A DNA stretch of 64,000 nucleotides, from the NCBI GenBank assembly GCA_963663765.2, contig CAXXUA010000005.1, forward strand, positions 608,001 through 672,000, in the 5' to 3' direction. The notes beneath the pieces are model-generated. The model saw only the letters and a list, made by a program, of their open reading frames with translations. It did not search any database and was not told the DNA's origin. Shown piece by piece: positions 29,536 through 39,643 of this stretch (its first letter is position 1; every line of letters starts with the position of its first letter). The DNA comes from Candidatus Poribacteria bacterium (GTDB lineage Bacteria; Poribacteria; WGA-4E; WGA-3G). The position numbers and the translations under genes were made by a program.

Positions 29536-30174
29536 TTAGGGTGATAGTCTATTAATTACCCAACTACCCTCTTTCAAATTATAACGAATGCGATCATGCA
29601 GACGACTTGGACAACCTTGCCAGAATTCATACATGTTTGGAATCAGTCTGTAGCCACCCCAATGTGGTGGGCGCGGAATTTCAGCACTTGTATACTTCTC
29701 TTTAGCTATTTCAAAGTTTTTTACCAGATGTTCCCGTTCAGGTATTACGATACTTTGACGTTCTGCCCATACTGCAAGTTGACTATCAATCGGACGACTG
29801 GCAAAATAGGCATCTGATTCCGCTGCTGTCATCTTTTCAACTATGCCGTTAATCCTTACCTGGCGATCAAGTTCCCGCCAATAGAATACCAGTGAGGCAT
29901 GCGGATTTATCGCTATCTCTTTCCCTTTTTGACTGTCATAGTCTGTATAAAAACAATATCCGTTTTGATCGTACCCTCTGAGCACAACCATACGCGCAGA
30001 CGGGATGCCCTCAAGTGTTGCTGTTGCAAGTGTCATCGCATCAGGCAGGTCAATCTCTGCTGTTATCGCCTCATTAAACCATATTTCAAATTGGTCAACA
30101 GGATTTTCCGCAATGTTACTTTCAGCCAATCCTTCACGAGCTTGATATTCCCTTCGAAGTTTATTATTGTCCAT
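29536..30174 (-). CDS. pdxH: Pyridoxamine 5'-phosphate oxidase
   Basis: AMTLAT, PSARMV, RQVRI.G, PPHWGGY, EFWQG..SRLHDR. Confidence 0.95.
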   Translation of the reverse strand: MDNNKLRREYQAREGLAESNIAENPVDQFEIWFNEAITAEIDLPDAMTLATATLEGIPSARMVVLRGYDQNGYCFYTDYDSQKGKEIAINPHASLVFYWRELDRQVRINGIVEKMTAAESDAYFASRPIDSQLAVWAERQSIVIPEREHLVKNFEIAKEKYTSAEIPRPPHWGGYRLIPNMYEFWQGCPSRLHDRIRYNLKEGSWVINRLSP

Positions 30175-30175
30175 T

Positions 30176-31684
30176 TTATTTCTTCCAGTAATTCGGATAA
30201 AAAAGAATAAGCACAGTATAAAGTTCTAAACGACCCAGCAACATGCAGAAAGTTAATACAAATTTACCAGCAGCATGGATATGCGCATAATTATCTAAGG
30301 GACCAACATCACCAAGACCAGGACCGATGTTACCCATCGTAGCAATAGTGCAACCCGCAGCAGTCACTAAATCTAAACCCAAGGTCGACATGATACATGT
30401 TACTATAGCAAATATTCCTATAAAAAAGAAAAAGAATCCGAGAACATGTGTGAGAACTTCAGACGACACAACTTTGTCGTTAACACGAACCGGCAATACT
30501 GCATGCGGAAAAATTAACCTCTTGATTTCCGCACCACTTTGCTTAATAAGAAGTAGGAAACGCAACTGTTTCATACCACCACCCGTTGATCCAGCGCACC
30601 CACCATAGAACATCAGCGTGACTAAAATAAACTGCGACAACGCTGGCCACATTTCAAAATCTGCTGACCCGTATCCAGTTGTTGTTGTGATTGACAGAAC
30701 TTGGAAAGATGCATGACGTATAGAATCCCATACGGAATCATACACAATTTCACCTGCTTCGTTTGCAAAACGAACTGTATTCCAAGATACAAGTAAAATA
30801 CTTGCAAGAATCACGCTACAATAGAATCGGAATTCGGTATCTCTAAAGTAACTTTTGACATCACCACGGAGCGCACGATAATGCAATGCAAAATTGGTGC
30901 CAGCAAGAAACATAAAAATAATGATGACGACTTCAATATACACACTATTGTAATGTGCTATGCTGCCGTTTTTCGTAGAAAATCCTCCAGTCGCCATTGT
31001 CCCAAACGTATGGCATAGTGCATCAAAAAGGGTCATGTCCCCCAGCCATAACAACAATGTTTCCAGTACTGATAAAAGGATATAGACTCCCCAAAGTAAT
31101 TTTGCTGTTTGTGCAATACGGGGCGTGAGTCGATCTGTCTGCGGTCCTGGTGCCTCCGCACGAAACAGCTGCATACCTCCAACACCCAGCATCGGAAGAA
31201 TCGCTACTGCAAGCACAACAATTCCCATGCCACCCAACCAATGACTGAAACTACGCCAAAACAGCATTACATGTGATAAGTGTTCAATCTCCGTGAGAAC
31301 TGTCGCTCCAGTAGTAGAAAAACCGGACATAGACTCAAAATAGCAGAAAGAAAATTCCACCCACGAAGTGCGTCCGGTTTCTGAGAAAACTCCTGCAAAT
31401 AGATATGGAAATGAACCAAACAAAGCAACTACAACCCATCCTAAAGCAACAATTGCAAAACCTTCACGTATCCCCAGTTCGTGTTCAGCAGGCCTCACAG
31501 TGAACCGAAGTATCAAACCAGCACATAAGGTTAATACAGCCGTGTATATAAAAGCAAATAGGTCTTCTTTCGGTTCACCCGCATTGAAATAGTAGTATAA
31601 TGCAATCCCTAACGGTAAAAGCATTGTACCCGATAAGAATATCAATAGGTTACCAAGTGTGTGAAAAATCAGTTTTCGACTCAT
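30176..31684 (-). CDS. trkH: TrkH potassium uptake membrane protein
   Basis: FESMSGFSTTGAT, TGGFS, TTTGY, GCAGSTGGG, NIGPGLG, LGRLE. Confidence 0.95.
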   Translation of the reverse strand: MSRKLIFHTLGNLLIFLSGTMLLPLGIALYYYFNAGEPKEDLFAFIYTAVLTLCAGLILRFTVRPAEHELGIREGFAIVALGWVVVALFGSFPYLFAGVFSETGRTSWVEFSFCYFESMSGFSTTGATVLTEIEHLSHVMLFWRSFSHWLGGMGIVVLAVAILPMLGVGGMQLFRAEAPGPQTDRLTPRIAQTAKLLWGVYILLSVLETLLLWLGDMTLFDALCHTFGTMATGGFSTKNGSIAHYNSVYIEVVIIIFMFLAGTNFALHYRALRGDVKSYFRDTEFRFYCSVILASILLVSWNTVRFANEAGEIVYDSVWDSIRHASFQVLSITTTTGYGSADFEMWPALSQFILVTLMFYGGCAGSTGGGMKQLRFLLLIKQSGAEIKRLIFPHAVLPVRVNDKVVSSEVLTHVLGFFFFFIGIFAIVTCIMSTLGLDLVTAAGCTIATMGNIGPGLGDVGPLDNYAHIHAAGKFVLTFCMLLGRLELYTVLILFYPNYWKK

Positions 31685-31890
31685 AAGGGCCAACTTAAGT
31701 ATAAATTTTAGTCACAGGACTGATGTAATATCTGATAGACATATACACAAGGTAGGAAATAAGAAAACATAAACACGTTATATAACAAGACTTTAAAAAT
31801 GTCATAGAATATAATCATATCAAAATATGAAAAAATGTCAATTCAATTCTCTATTTGGGGTGTGTAAAGTTTTTGTAGAAACCCTGATAT

Positions 31891-32027
31891 TATAGTGGAT
31901 TTTAGAATTATTTTTACACTTTCAGGTGTAGGAGGGAACTCCGATTCCCGACTATCAAGGTGTTCAGTCGCGATTCGGAGATCGCTCCTACAGAAAAAGT
32001 GTAAAAATAATTGTATATTTCACTATA
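31891..32027. mobile_element. MITE family F (TATAGTG ends, IS630-like) with a GTAG REP doublet
   Basis: 32-bp TIR with 4 mismatches and terminal TA; internal GTAGGAGGGAACTCCGA..TCGGAGATCGCTCCTAC. Confidence 0.75.
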
Positions 32028-32057
32028 AAAGAAGTATCTAAAGTTTCTATCAAAGCT

Positions 32058-33372
32058 CAGGGTTATTTAGTTTTAAAAACTCTCAGTTATCAAGTTAACT
32101 GCGAGTTTAGGTTTTGAAGCTAAGTATTTTATCTCATCTGCTATACGCGTTATCCCAGCAAATCGCAACACTGCTAAGGCTGTATTTCGCAAAGCAGCCA
32201 TGATTTGTGGAATAGCACCGCATCGGACAGACGATGCGTCTTCTCCAAGTTGAGTATCACGCATCCAATGCGACTTGTTCTCTATTGACCAATGCCCACG
32301 GCGTAGCTCAAGTAAACGTTGGGCAGAAGTTTCTTCGGGTGTCAGACTTGTAATACCATAATGGATTTTGGTTTTTTCTTCTCCTGTTTTCGTGTTTTTG
32401 TAAGTATAACGATATTGGAACACTTGTGCTATACCTGGCCAATCCAGATATGCGTTGAGACTTGTGCTTGCTTTCAAACACCTTGTCTCTATTCTACCAT
32501 GTGATTTTTCAGAAGTCTCGTGAGTGTAAATAGGGGCTCCCAATTTAGGATGTGGTGTGTTATCAGAAAGCGTGTCTGGAACGTCTTGAAAGAGTTTTTG
32601 GATCTCATCGTAAAGGTCCGGTTGGTTCTTTTTGACAGGGAGCACATAGTCTCCATTACCCTCTATGATGGCGTGGCAGAAAGGTCGCTGTGTCAAAAGT
32701 GCGTCTGTTGTGATGACTTTACCACTCACATCAAAGTTTTTGAGGATCTCTGTTGAGATCGGTATTTCGTTGGTTTTATCACTGACACCTTTTTGTGTCA
32801 GTGTGACGCCTAACTCATGAGACACAACAGAGAGTAAATGGCTTATTGTCGCACCACTTTTCTTACTGGCACGCATCGTTTTACCGTCTATAGCGACTGC
32901 GTCAAGACAACCTTCTAAATCAGGTCGATTTTTACAAACGTCTTCTACCCAGTCTGTAAATGTCTTTTCAACAGCATCAGCATCTAAATCTTTTAGAACA
33001 TTATGTATTGTTGCGGGACAAGGTGTTTTCTTGTGTGTAAAACCGAGTGTCCTTGCGAGGTTTGGTTGGGTTCGGGCCCAAGTTGCGATGGATGTATATC
33101 CTTTATGTCCAGTCATAAAACCAATAAGGACAAGTCCGAGGATTGAGTTCAGTGGGTGTCGTTTTCCTTTATTGTTGCGCGGGTCTTGAATTTCTGCTAA
33201 TCTATCTAACAAGTGTCGAGAGTTTTTCTCTGGCATTTTTCACCTCAAAGGTAAGATTTTTTAGGTGAAGTATAGCAGATATAGCGCGATAAATCACGCT
33301 ATATCTGCATATCCAAAAATATTAACGATTGTGATAAAAAACAACCAAAACTCCTAAAACTAAATAACCCTG
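32058..33372 (-). mobile_element. Complete ISAs1-family insertion sequence
   Basis: 18-bp perfect TIR CAGGGTTATTTAGTTTTA; 9-bp TSD ATCAAAGCT. Confidence 0.95.
32073..33236 (-). CDS. ISAs1-family transposase
   Basis: DPR..KRHPL, AIDGKT, KTNEIP, ITTDAL, RGHWSIENKSHW. Confidence 0.95.
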   Translation of the reverse strand: MPEKNSRHLLDRLAEIQDPRNNKGKRHPLNSILGLVLIGFMTGHKGYTSIATWARTQPNLARTLGFTHKKTPCPATIHNVLKDLDADAVEKTFTDWVEDVCKNRPDLEGCLDAVAIDGKTMRASKKSGATISHLLSVVSHELGVTLTQKGVSDKTNEIPISTEILKNFDVSGKVITTDALLTQRPFCHAIIEGNGDYVLPVKKNQPDLYDEIQKLFQDVPDTLSDNTPHPKLGAPIYTHETSEKSHGRIETRCLKASTSLNAYLDWPGIAQVFQYRYTYKNTKTGEEKTKIHYGITSLTPEETSAQRLLELRRGHWSIENKSHWMRDTQLGEDASSVRCGAIPQIMAALRNTALAVLRFAGITRIADEIKYLASKPKLAVNLITESF

Positions 33373-33468
33373 ATCAAAGCTTGCTTGACGTAAGGGAACT
33401 GTGGACATCGTAGGGGCGAGGTTTCCTCACCTACGTAAAACCTCTGTTTGGGCGGGGAGACCCCGCCC

Positions 33469-33610
33469 CATAGGCGTCAATTTAAGAAAAAAGTGTTGGT
33501 GTTTCTCTTGTGGGAGGGGTTTTCAACCCCGATTTGAGAGGAAAAGCGCGTAAAATCGGGGTTGAAAACCCCTCCCACAAGAGATCAAAATCCTTAAATT
33601 GACGCTTATG
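33469..33610. mobile_element. MITE family G inserted into a REP hairpin with a 19-bp duplication
   Basis: 18-bp TIR CATAGGCGTCAATTTAAG (1 mismatch); flanking direct repeat GGGCGGGGAGACCCCGCCC (33450-33468, 33611-33629); internal GTGG REP doublet. Confidence 0.85.
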
Positions 33611-33876
33611 GGGCGGGGAGACCCCGCCCCTACGCACAGTAACCAAAACTTTACACACCCGATTTCCGCTGCTAATGAGACATTATCACATGAAATCTGG
33701 TATAATATCTCCCAAATTTTATGTCTTCAATCAGCAATAAATTAACTTGATAGCATCAAGAATATAGTGTAAACTGAAGCATACTTAGTAAACACAACAT
33801 ATCATCCTAAGGTAAGCTTACTTATGATGATAATCCACAAAGTACTTCCTTGTTCTACAGAAATGGGATAATTCCA

Positions 33877-35205
33877 ATGCAAAAACCCAATATTATTTAC
33901 ATTCATTCTCATGACACAGGAAGGTATGTTCAACCCTATGGACATGCAATTCCTACGCCAAACATACAAAAATTAGCAGAGGAAGGAGTTTTATTCCGAA
34001 ACGCCTTCTGTGCAAACCCAACCTGTTCTCCTTCCCGTGCTGCACTACTTACTGGACAATATGCTCATAGCTGCGGGATGGGTGGACTCGCAAACCGTGG
34101 TTGGAGTCTACCCGTACCTGAACATCTCATCCCATATACACTAAATGATGCCGGTTATGTGACTGCATTAGCAGGTTTCCAGCATGTTGTCCGAAAAGTG
34201 CAGGATACAGGTTACAAGCGAATCTTAGCACAGGAATACGGAAATGCTGGAGCAGAACAACGCGCTTGTCAGTTCCTTGACGAAAAACCGAATGAACCAT
34301 TCTTCTTAGACATTGGATTTAGCGAGACACATCGCAAAGCAAAAGGTTTTGATTCGCCTCCAGATGGTGAACCAAAGACAGACCCACGCTACGTTAAGCC
34401 TCCACCAACATTCCCTGACAATCCCACGACACGGCAGGATATGGCAGAATATATTGACGCTGCACGTAGACTCGATATGAAAATGGGAAAAGTATTTGAT
34501 GCGTTGGAAAATAATGGTCTTGCAGAAAATACACTTGTGATTTGTACAACAGACCACGGATTAGCTTTTCCTCGTATGAAATGTCACGTTACCGATCACG
34601 GAATCGGTGTGATGTTGATTGTCCGAGGTCCCGGTGGGTTTGATGGAGGAAAAGTCGTCGACGGGTTAGTTAGTCAAATTGATCTTTTTCCGACTATCTG
34701 TGAATTGGCTGAGATTGAAGAACCTAAGTGGTTACAGGGACATTCTATGGTACCACTTGTTCGTGGTGAGGCTGACGATATCCGAGATGCTATATTTGCT
34801 GAAGTGAATTATCACTGTTGTTATGAACCACAACGTGCAATACGTACAAAAAGATGGAAATATATACGACGATTTGATGACGCGGAAAAGTGGGCGTTAC
34901 CTAATTGTGACGACAGCATCAGTAAATCATATATGCTGGAAAATGATTGGGCAAATCTACCTGTGGAATCAGAACGACTATATGATGTTGTCTTTGATCC
35001 ATCTGAAGCACACAACCTTGTAGGTGATCCTAATTATACAGAAGTGTTAACAGAAATGCGTAGTCGTTTGGAACAATGGAGAGTAGAGACTGATGACCCT
35101 GTCAATGAAAATCAGATAATGGTACCGCCAGAAACCGCAGTCTTAAATGATCCATCAGATGTTTCACCAAGGGACAAAAGTTATCCAGCAACAGAGATTC
35201 TCTGA
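33877..35205 (+). CDS. Sulfatase (Cys-type, N-sulfoglucosamine sulfohydrolase-like)
   Basis: KPNIIYIHSHD, CSPSRAALLTG, TTDHG, LYD...DP.E..NL. Confidence 0.92.
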   Translation: MQKPNIIYIHSHDTGRYVQPYGHAIPTPNIQKLAEEGVLFRNAFCANPTCSPSRAALLTGQYAHSCGMGGLANRGWSLPVPEHLIPYTLNDAGYVTALAGFQHVVRKVQDTGYKRILAQEYGNAGAEQRACQFLDEKPNEPFFLDIGFSETHRKAKGFDSPPDGEPKTDPRYVKPPPTFPDNPTTRQDMAEYIDAARRLDMKMGKVFDALENNGLAENTLVICTTDHGLAFPRMKCHVTDHGIGVMLIVRGPGGFDGGKVVDGLVSQIDLFPTICELAEIEEPKWLQGHSMVPLVRGEADDIRDAIFAEVNYHCCYEPQRAIRTKRWKYIRRFDDAEKWALPNCDDSISKSYMLENDWANLPVESERLYDVVFDPSEAHNLVGDPNYTEVLTEMRSRLEQWRVETDDPVNENQIMVPPETAVLNDPSDVSPRDKSYPATEIL

Positions 35206-35546
35206 TCTTCAGATATGGATTCAAGGTTAGGTTTTTCGTTTTCTAACGGTACAATCGAAAGCCGGCAACCAAGTGCATTGAGGATAGTACCGAGTGTGTC
35301 AATATGTGGTGCTTTATCGCTTGAAAGTATCTTTAGCAAAGCATCTGGAGACATGTGTGTCCGCTTTGCCAACTCGGTAATACCGCCATGAGCTTCTGCA
35401 ACAACTTTAAGTCCGCTTTGCAACGTAGTTACGTTCTCATAGATTTGGTATTCATCCATTATAGCATCAAGAAAATGTATTGTTTCATCACGATTCATGG
35501 AAAGTCGTTCAGTCAGATATTTACGCCAATCAGATTTCTTTTTCAT
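35181..35546 (-). CDS. Addiction-module antidote protein (HTH)
   Basis: VAEAHGGITELAKRT.MS..L...LS....P..DTL..IL.ALG; ATG overlaps the toxin TGA. Confidence 0.85.
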   Translation of the reverse strand: MKKKSDWRKYLTERLSMNRDETIHFLDAIMDEYQIYENVTTLQSGLKVVAEAHGGITELAKRTHMSPDALLKILSSDKAPHIDTLGTILNALGCRLSIVPLENEKPNLESISEDQRISVAG

Positions 35547-35881
35547 CGTTGCGTCTCCTTGAAATCTCTCCAAAAAGTTTTTGCACGTTCAATGTCGCGT
35601 TGCTGAGATGTCTTATCGCCACCACATAATAAAAGAATGATCGTGTTATCCACTTCACCAAAATAAATACGATAACCTTTACCGACATGTATTCGTAACT
35701 CATACACTCCTCTACCCACTGATTTGTAATCACCTAAATTACCTGATTCAAGTGAAATTAGCCGTGCTTCTATCCTTCCTTGTGCCCTTATATCTCGTAA
35801 TGATTCAAACCAATCGGTGAAAGGTGCTCTCCCGTTCTATGTTCTATAGAATTCTAATTCTCGTGGTCGTGTTTCAGGCAT
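35543..35881 (-). pseudogene. RelE/ParE-like addiction-module killer protein with an in-frame TAG at codon 15
   Basis: MPETRPRELEFYRT*NGRAPFTDWFESLRD...GNLGDYKSVGRGVYELRIHVGKGYRIYFG...LLCGGDK. Confidence 0.85.
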
Positions 35882-36008
35882 TGAGTTATGTTGCGATGAT
35901 CTCCATGTTAGTATCTATTATACCAAATTAACGGAATTTATCTTTTTCCAACGGTAGGTGCGGTTTCCTAACCGCACACTTAGCAAGACGGATTACGTTA
36001 ATTGGGTA

Positions 36009-36346
36009 TTACTTGGTATCTGTATTTGAACAAGCGATGTCGGTTTGTAACGGTTCAATTGAAAGTTGACAACCAAGTGCATTGAGGATAGTACCGAGTG
36101 TGTCAATATGTGGTGCCTTATCGCTTGAAAGTATCTTTAGCAAAGCATCTGGAGACATGTGTGTTCGCTTTGCCAACTCGCTAATACCGCCTTGAGCTTC
36201 TGCAACGTTTTTTATACCTTCAAGAAGAAAGGTGTATCACCATCACCTTGATATTCTTCTAATGCTACATCAAGATAACCAATCGCGTCTTCTCGGTTAG
36301 CAAGTTCTTCCATTAAATTTTCATGCAAAGTTCTAAACTTTTTCAT
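36009..36346 (-). pseudogene. Second antidote paralog, frameshifted
   Basis: 3' half near-identical to the 35181-35546 gene; 1-nt loss near 36217. Confidence 0.75.
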
Positions 36347-36361
36347 GTGTGTGTTTCCTTA

Positions 36362-36515
36362 TACCAATTCAAATAAATCTTGTCTCATTAAGGAATTCTA
36401 CTGTTTACTGGCAGGGGGTTACTCTCTTCGGTAGGAGCGACCTCCCGGTCGCGACCGGGAGGTCGCTCCTACCAGATTTCCGCTGCTAATGAGACATTAT
36501 CACATGAAAATGGTA
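36362..36515 (-). mobile_element. MITE family B (154 bp), copy 2
   Basis: TTA duplication; perfect central palindrome GGTAGGAGCGACCTCCCGGTCGCGACCGGGAGGTCGCTCCTACC. Confidence 0.9.
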
Positions 36516-36519
36516 TTAC

Positions 36520-36800
36520 AATGTCTGTCTATTACCGACGCGGCGTAAGAATCAAAAGCACAATATCCAAAAAAGTTTCGCAAACTCCATCAAAGAATAA
36601 GAAGAAGGATTGAGACAACGATTAGTCAACTGACCCAACAGTTCAATGTTTCACGAATACGTGCGCGTTCTCATTGGGGAATGCTGACACGATTCAACAA
36701 TAAGTTTGCGGGTTTTACACTCGGTGTCTTCTTGAACAAATGTTTAGGACGCAAGTTGATGGCATTAAAGGATGTCGTCCACGCATAAACTTACATAATA
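36520..36800 (+). pseudogene. IS982-family transposase C-terminal remnant
   Basis: LLPTRRKNQKAQYP...RIRRRIETTISQLTQQF..RIRARS.WG; stop at 36788. Confidence 0.65.
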
Positions 36801-37120
36801 GAATTTGTTGTATTACATATGGTCATTTAGCACAAGTCGTTAATAAAGAAAACTGGCTGCAAAAACTTTACTGTTATGCTTGTCTCAATCCTTTACTGTT
36901 ATGCTTGTCTCAATCAAGATAATTTAGTATAACACGTTTACTCTCGTGCGCTAATTTTAAATAGGTAACGAATAACATCTGAAGATCGATTTCAACAATA
37001 AAGAGCTTCTTAAAATTCACTTGTCTAATTGCACTATACATGATACGATAATATTATTCTAATGTAGCATAACTTGTTAGGTTGTACCATTACTCATGTT
37101 TATGGAAGGAGAATGTGATA

Positions 37121-37924
37121 ATGCGGCACGAACTCACCGCAGAACAAATTGTTTTTTATCAGGAAAACGGATACCTTGTCATTGAGAATTTTCTTTGCCC
37201 TGACGAATTAGTAGAATGGCGGAGATGCACGGATGAAGCAGTAACAGACCGACTCGGAAACTCAGTTGAAATTATGACTAACCAACTGGACCCAGCGAAT
37301 TTTTATGCACATGTCTTTACGCAGTGCTTACGTCTATCCGATACTCACCCAGGTATGCGAAAGTTAGTGCATGACCCCAAAATTGGACAGATGGCAACGC
37401 AATTAGCAGGTACTGAAGGTATGCGAATTTGGCATGACCAAGCACTCATTAAACCACCCAACGGAAACCCAACTGCATGGCACCTTGATGTCCCATATTG
37501 GTCGTTTGACTCACATAATGCGGTTTCGTTCTGGGTTGCATTGGATGACGCAACATTAGGAAATGGTTGTATGTGGTATATACCTGGTACACACAAGACT
37601 GCTCGTTTTGATAATGTCGGCATTGGTGAAAACATCGGTGCATTATTTAAAGTATATCCTGAATGGAAAGAACTTGAACCTCAATCTGCTCCATGTCCAG
37701 CGGGGTCTATGGTCTGGCACAATGGATTAGTTGCACACGGGGCTGGAGCAAATATGACGTTTTCACATCGTAGAGCGATGACATGTGGGTTCATGCCTGA
37801 TGGATGCACCTTTAATGGAAAAAGAAACATCCTCCCTGAACCATACTTCAACTCATTAAAAGTTGGGGACGTACTCAACGACGATGTACAGAATACACTT
37901 GTCTGGCACAACGATTGGACTTAG
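37121..37924 (+). CDS. Phytanoyl-CoA dioxygenase (PhyH) family protein
   Basis: ENGYL, WHLD (HxD), NGCM.YIPG.H, H....HGA..N...RR. Confidence 0.93.
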   Translation: MRHELTAEQIVFYQENGYLVIENFLCPDELVEWRRCTDEAVTDRLGNSVEIMTNQLDPANFYAHVFTQCLRLSDTHPGMRKLVHDPKIGQMATQLAGTEGMRIWHDQALIKPPNGNPTAWHLDVPYWSFDSHNAVSFWVALDDATLGNGCMWYIPGTHKTARFDNVGIGENIGALFKVYPEWKELEPQSAPCPAGSMVWHNGLVAHGAGANMTFSHRRAMTCGFMPDGCTFNGKRNILPEPYFNSLKVGDVLNDDVQNTLVWHNDWT

Positions 37925-37979
37925 ATAGAATTATTAGCATCACTTGACAATTATAATTAGGAAAAGGAGAAAATAGAGA

Positions 37980-39374
37980 ATGGCAAAACAACCAAATATC
38001 GTTTTATTGGGGGTTGATTCCTTACTCGCAACACACATGAGTTGCTACGGGTATCACCGAAAAACAACACCACATATTGACAAGTTTGCTGAAAGTGGTA
38101 CACTCTTTGAGAAAACATATAGCGCACACATACCAACAACAAGTGCCTACGCATCAATGCTTACCGGTATGGATACATTTGGCACACAGGTTGTTGCACT
38201 ACGACACAAAGGACCTCTCAGAGAGGAAGTGAAAACATTAGCAGAAATCCTAAGAGGAACAGGTTACGATACCACTTGTGTGGGATTCGGAGGACCAAGT
38301 GCCCGAGGTTTCGACACCTATCTTGATTACGCAAATTGGGGTGCGGATGAAACTGGACGCAGCCCAAAGGCAGAAAACCTTAACAAAACCACACTCCCTG
38401 AGTTGAATAGGTTAATTGACCAGAGTGATGAGAAACCGTTTTTCCTGTTCCTACGACACATGGACCCACATTCACCTTACTTGCCTCCTGCCCCCTATGA
38501 ACGCATGTTCTACCACGGAGATGAGTGTGATCCAAACAATAAATCTATGGAACCTGTGATGTCATTCAAACCGTTCTGCGATTACTTTGCCTCATGGATG
38601 CCTGTAGGTATAACAGATAAAGATTACGTCATTGCACAATATGATGGTGCAGTCGCATATATGGACGCTTGTATTCAAACACTCTTTAATGCTCTTGAAA
38701 CACGTGGGATGTTGGACAATACAATCGTTATTCTGAATGGTGACCACGGAGAAACCCTCTATGACCACGAATGTTGGTTCGACCACCACGGACTCTACGA
38801 TGTAACGTTACACGTACCGCTCATAATTCGCTATCCTGAACGTATACCAGAAGGTAAAAGAGTCTCTGGATATAACCTACATAAAGACCTTGTACCTACA
38901 CTACTTGAATTAGCAGATATTGAGACTGATATTGATTTTGATGGTAATAGTCTAACACCTCTAATTCGCGGTGAAATTGCTTCTTATGATAGCGAGTTTT
39001 ATATCACTGAATGCACATGGATGCGGAAACACGGATGGCGAACACCTGAATGGAAACTCATTGTCGCACTTGAACCCGATTTTCATTACAAACCACCCGT
39101 TGAACTCTACAATCTCATTCAAGACCCTGATGAGAATGAAAACCTTGTTCAATCACACCCCGATATTGTCAATGTATTAGAAACACGAATGAAGAATTGG
39201 ATTCTCAAACGTGAAAAGGAAACAGGATTACCAAACCCAATAATGCATCAAGGAGATTGGCACGGACACAAAGGCATAGGGGCATTCAAATCTTCTGATC
39301 AGGCATATAACACATTACATATCGGAAATCCGGGTGAAGCAGCACGTTTACAAGCAAAGTCACGGGATGAATAG
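37980..39374 (+). CDS. Sulfatase-like alkaline-phosphatase-superfamily hydrolase with a non-canonical active site
   Basis: PNIVLLGVDSL, HMDPHSPY, GDHGE, HVPLII; PTTSAYASMLTG in place of C/SxPxR. Confidence 0.85.
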   Translation: MAKQPNIVLLGVDSLLATHMSCYGYHRKTTPHIDKFAESGTLFEKTYSAHIPTTSAYASMLTGMDTFGTQVVALRHKGPLREEVKTLAEILRGTGYDTTCVGFGGPSARGFDTYLDYANWGADETGRSPKAENLNKTTLPELNRLIDQSDEKPFFLFLRHMDPHSPYLPPAPYERMFYHGDECDPNNKSMEPVMSFKPFCDYFASWMPVGITDKDYVIAQYDGAVAYMDACIQTLFNALETRGMLDNTIVILNGDHGETLYDHECWFDHHGLYDVTLHVPLIIRYPERIPEGKRVSGYNLHKDLVPTLLELADIETDIDFDGNSLTPLIRGEIASYDSEFYITECTWMRKHGWRTPEWKLIVALEPDFHYKPPVELYNLIQDPDENENLVQSHPDIVNVLETRMKNWILKREKETGLPNPIMHQGDWHGHKGIGAFKSSDQAYNTLHIGNPGEAARLQAKSRDE

Positions 39375-39454
39375 CAATTAGTTATCAGTTGTCAGTTGTC
39401 AGTAACGAGATTTCAGATTTATACTCATGCTTCTTACTAACAAATGACAACTAA

Positions 39455-39608
39455 TACCATTTTCATGTGATAATGTCTCATTAGCAGCGGAAATCTGGTA
39501 GGAGCGCCCTTCCGGTCGCGACCGTGAGGGCGCTCCTACCGAAGAGAGTAACCCCCTGCCAGTAAACAGTAGCATTCCTTAATGAGACAAGATATATTTG
39601 AATTGGTA
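39455..39608 (+). mobile_element. MITE family B (154 bp), copy 3
   Basis: TAA duplication; same ends and core as the other copies. Confidence 0.9.
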
Positions 39609-39643
39609 TAACAACTGACAACCATTAAAAAAAGGAAAACGAA

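Larger units (their letters stand above)
31858..33660. mobile_element. Composite shell (family E ends) enclosing a MITE, an ISAs1, REPs and a family G MITE
   Basis: 16-bp perfect TIR GGGTGTGTAAAGTTTT; no TSD; abuts a half family B MITE at 33661-33703. Confidence 0.6.
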
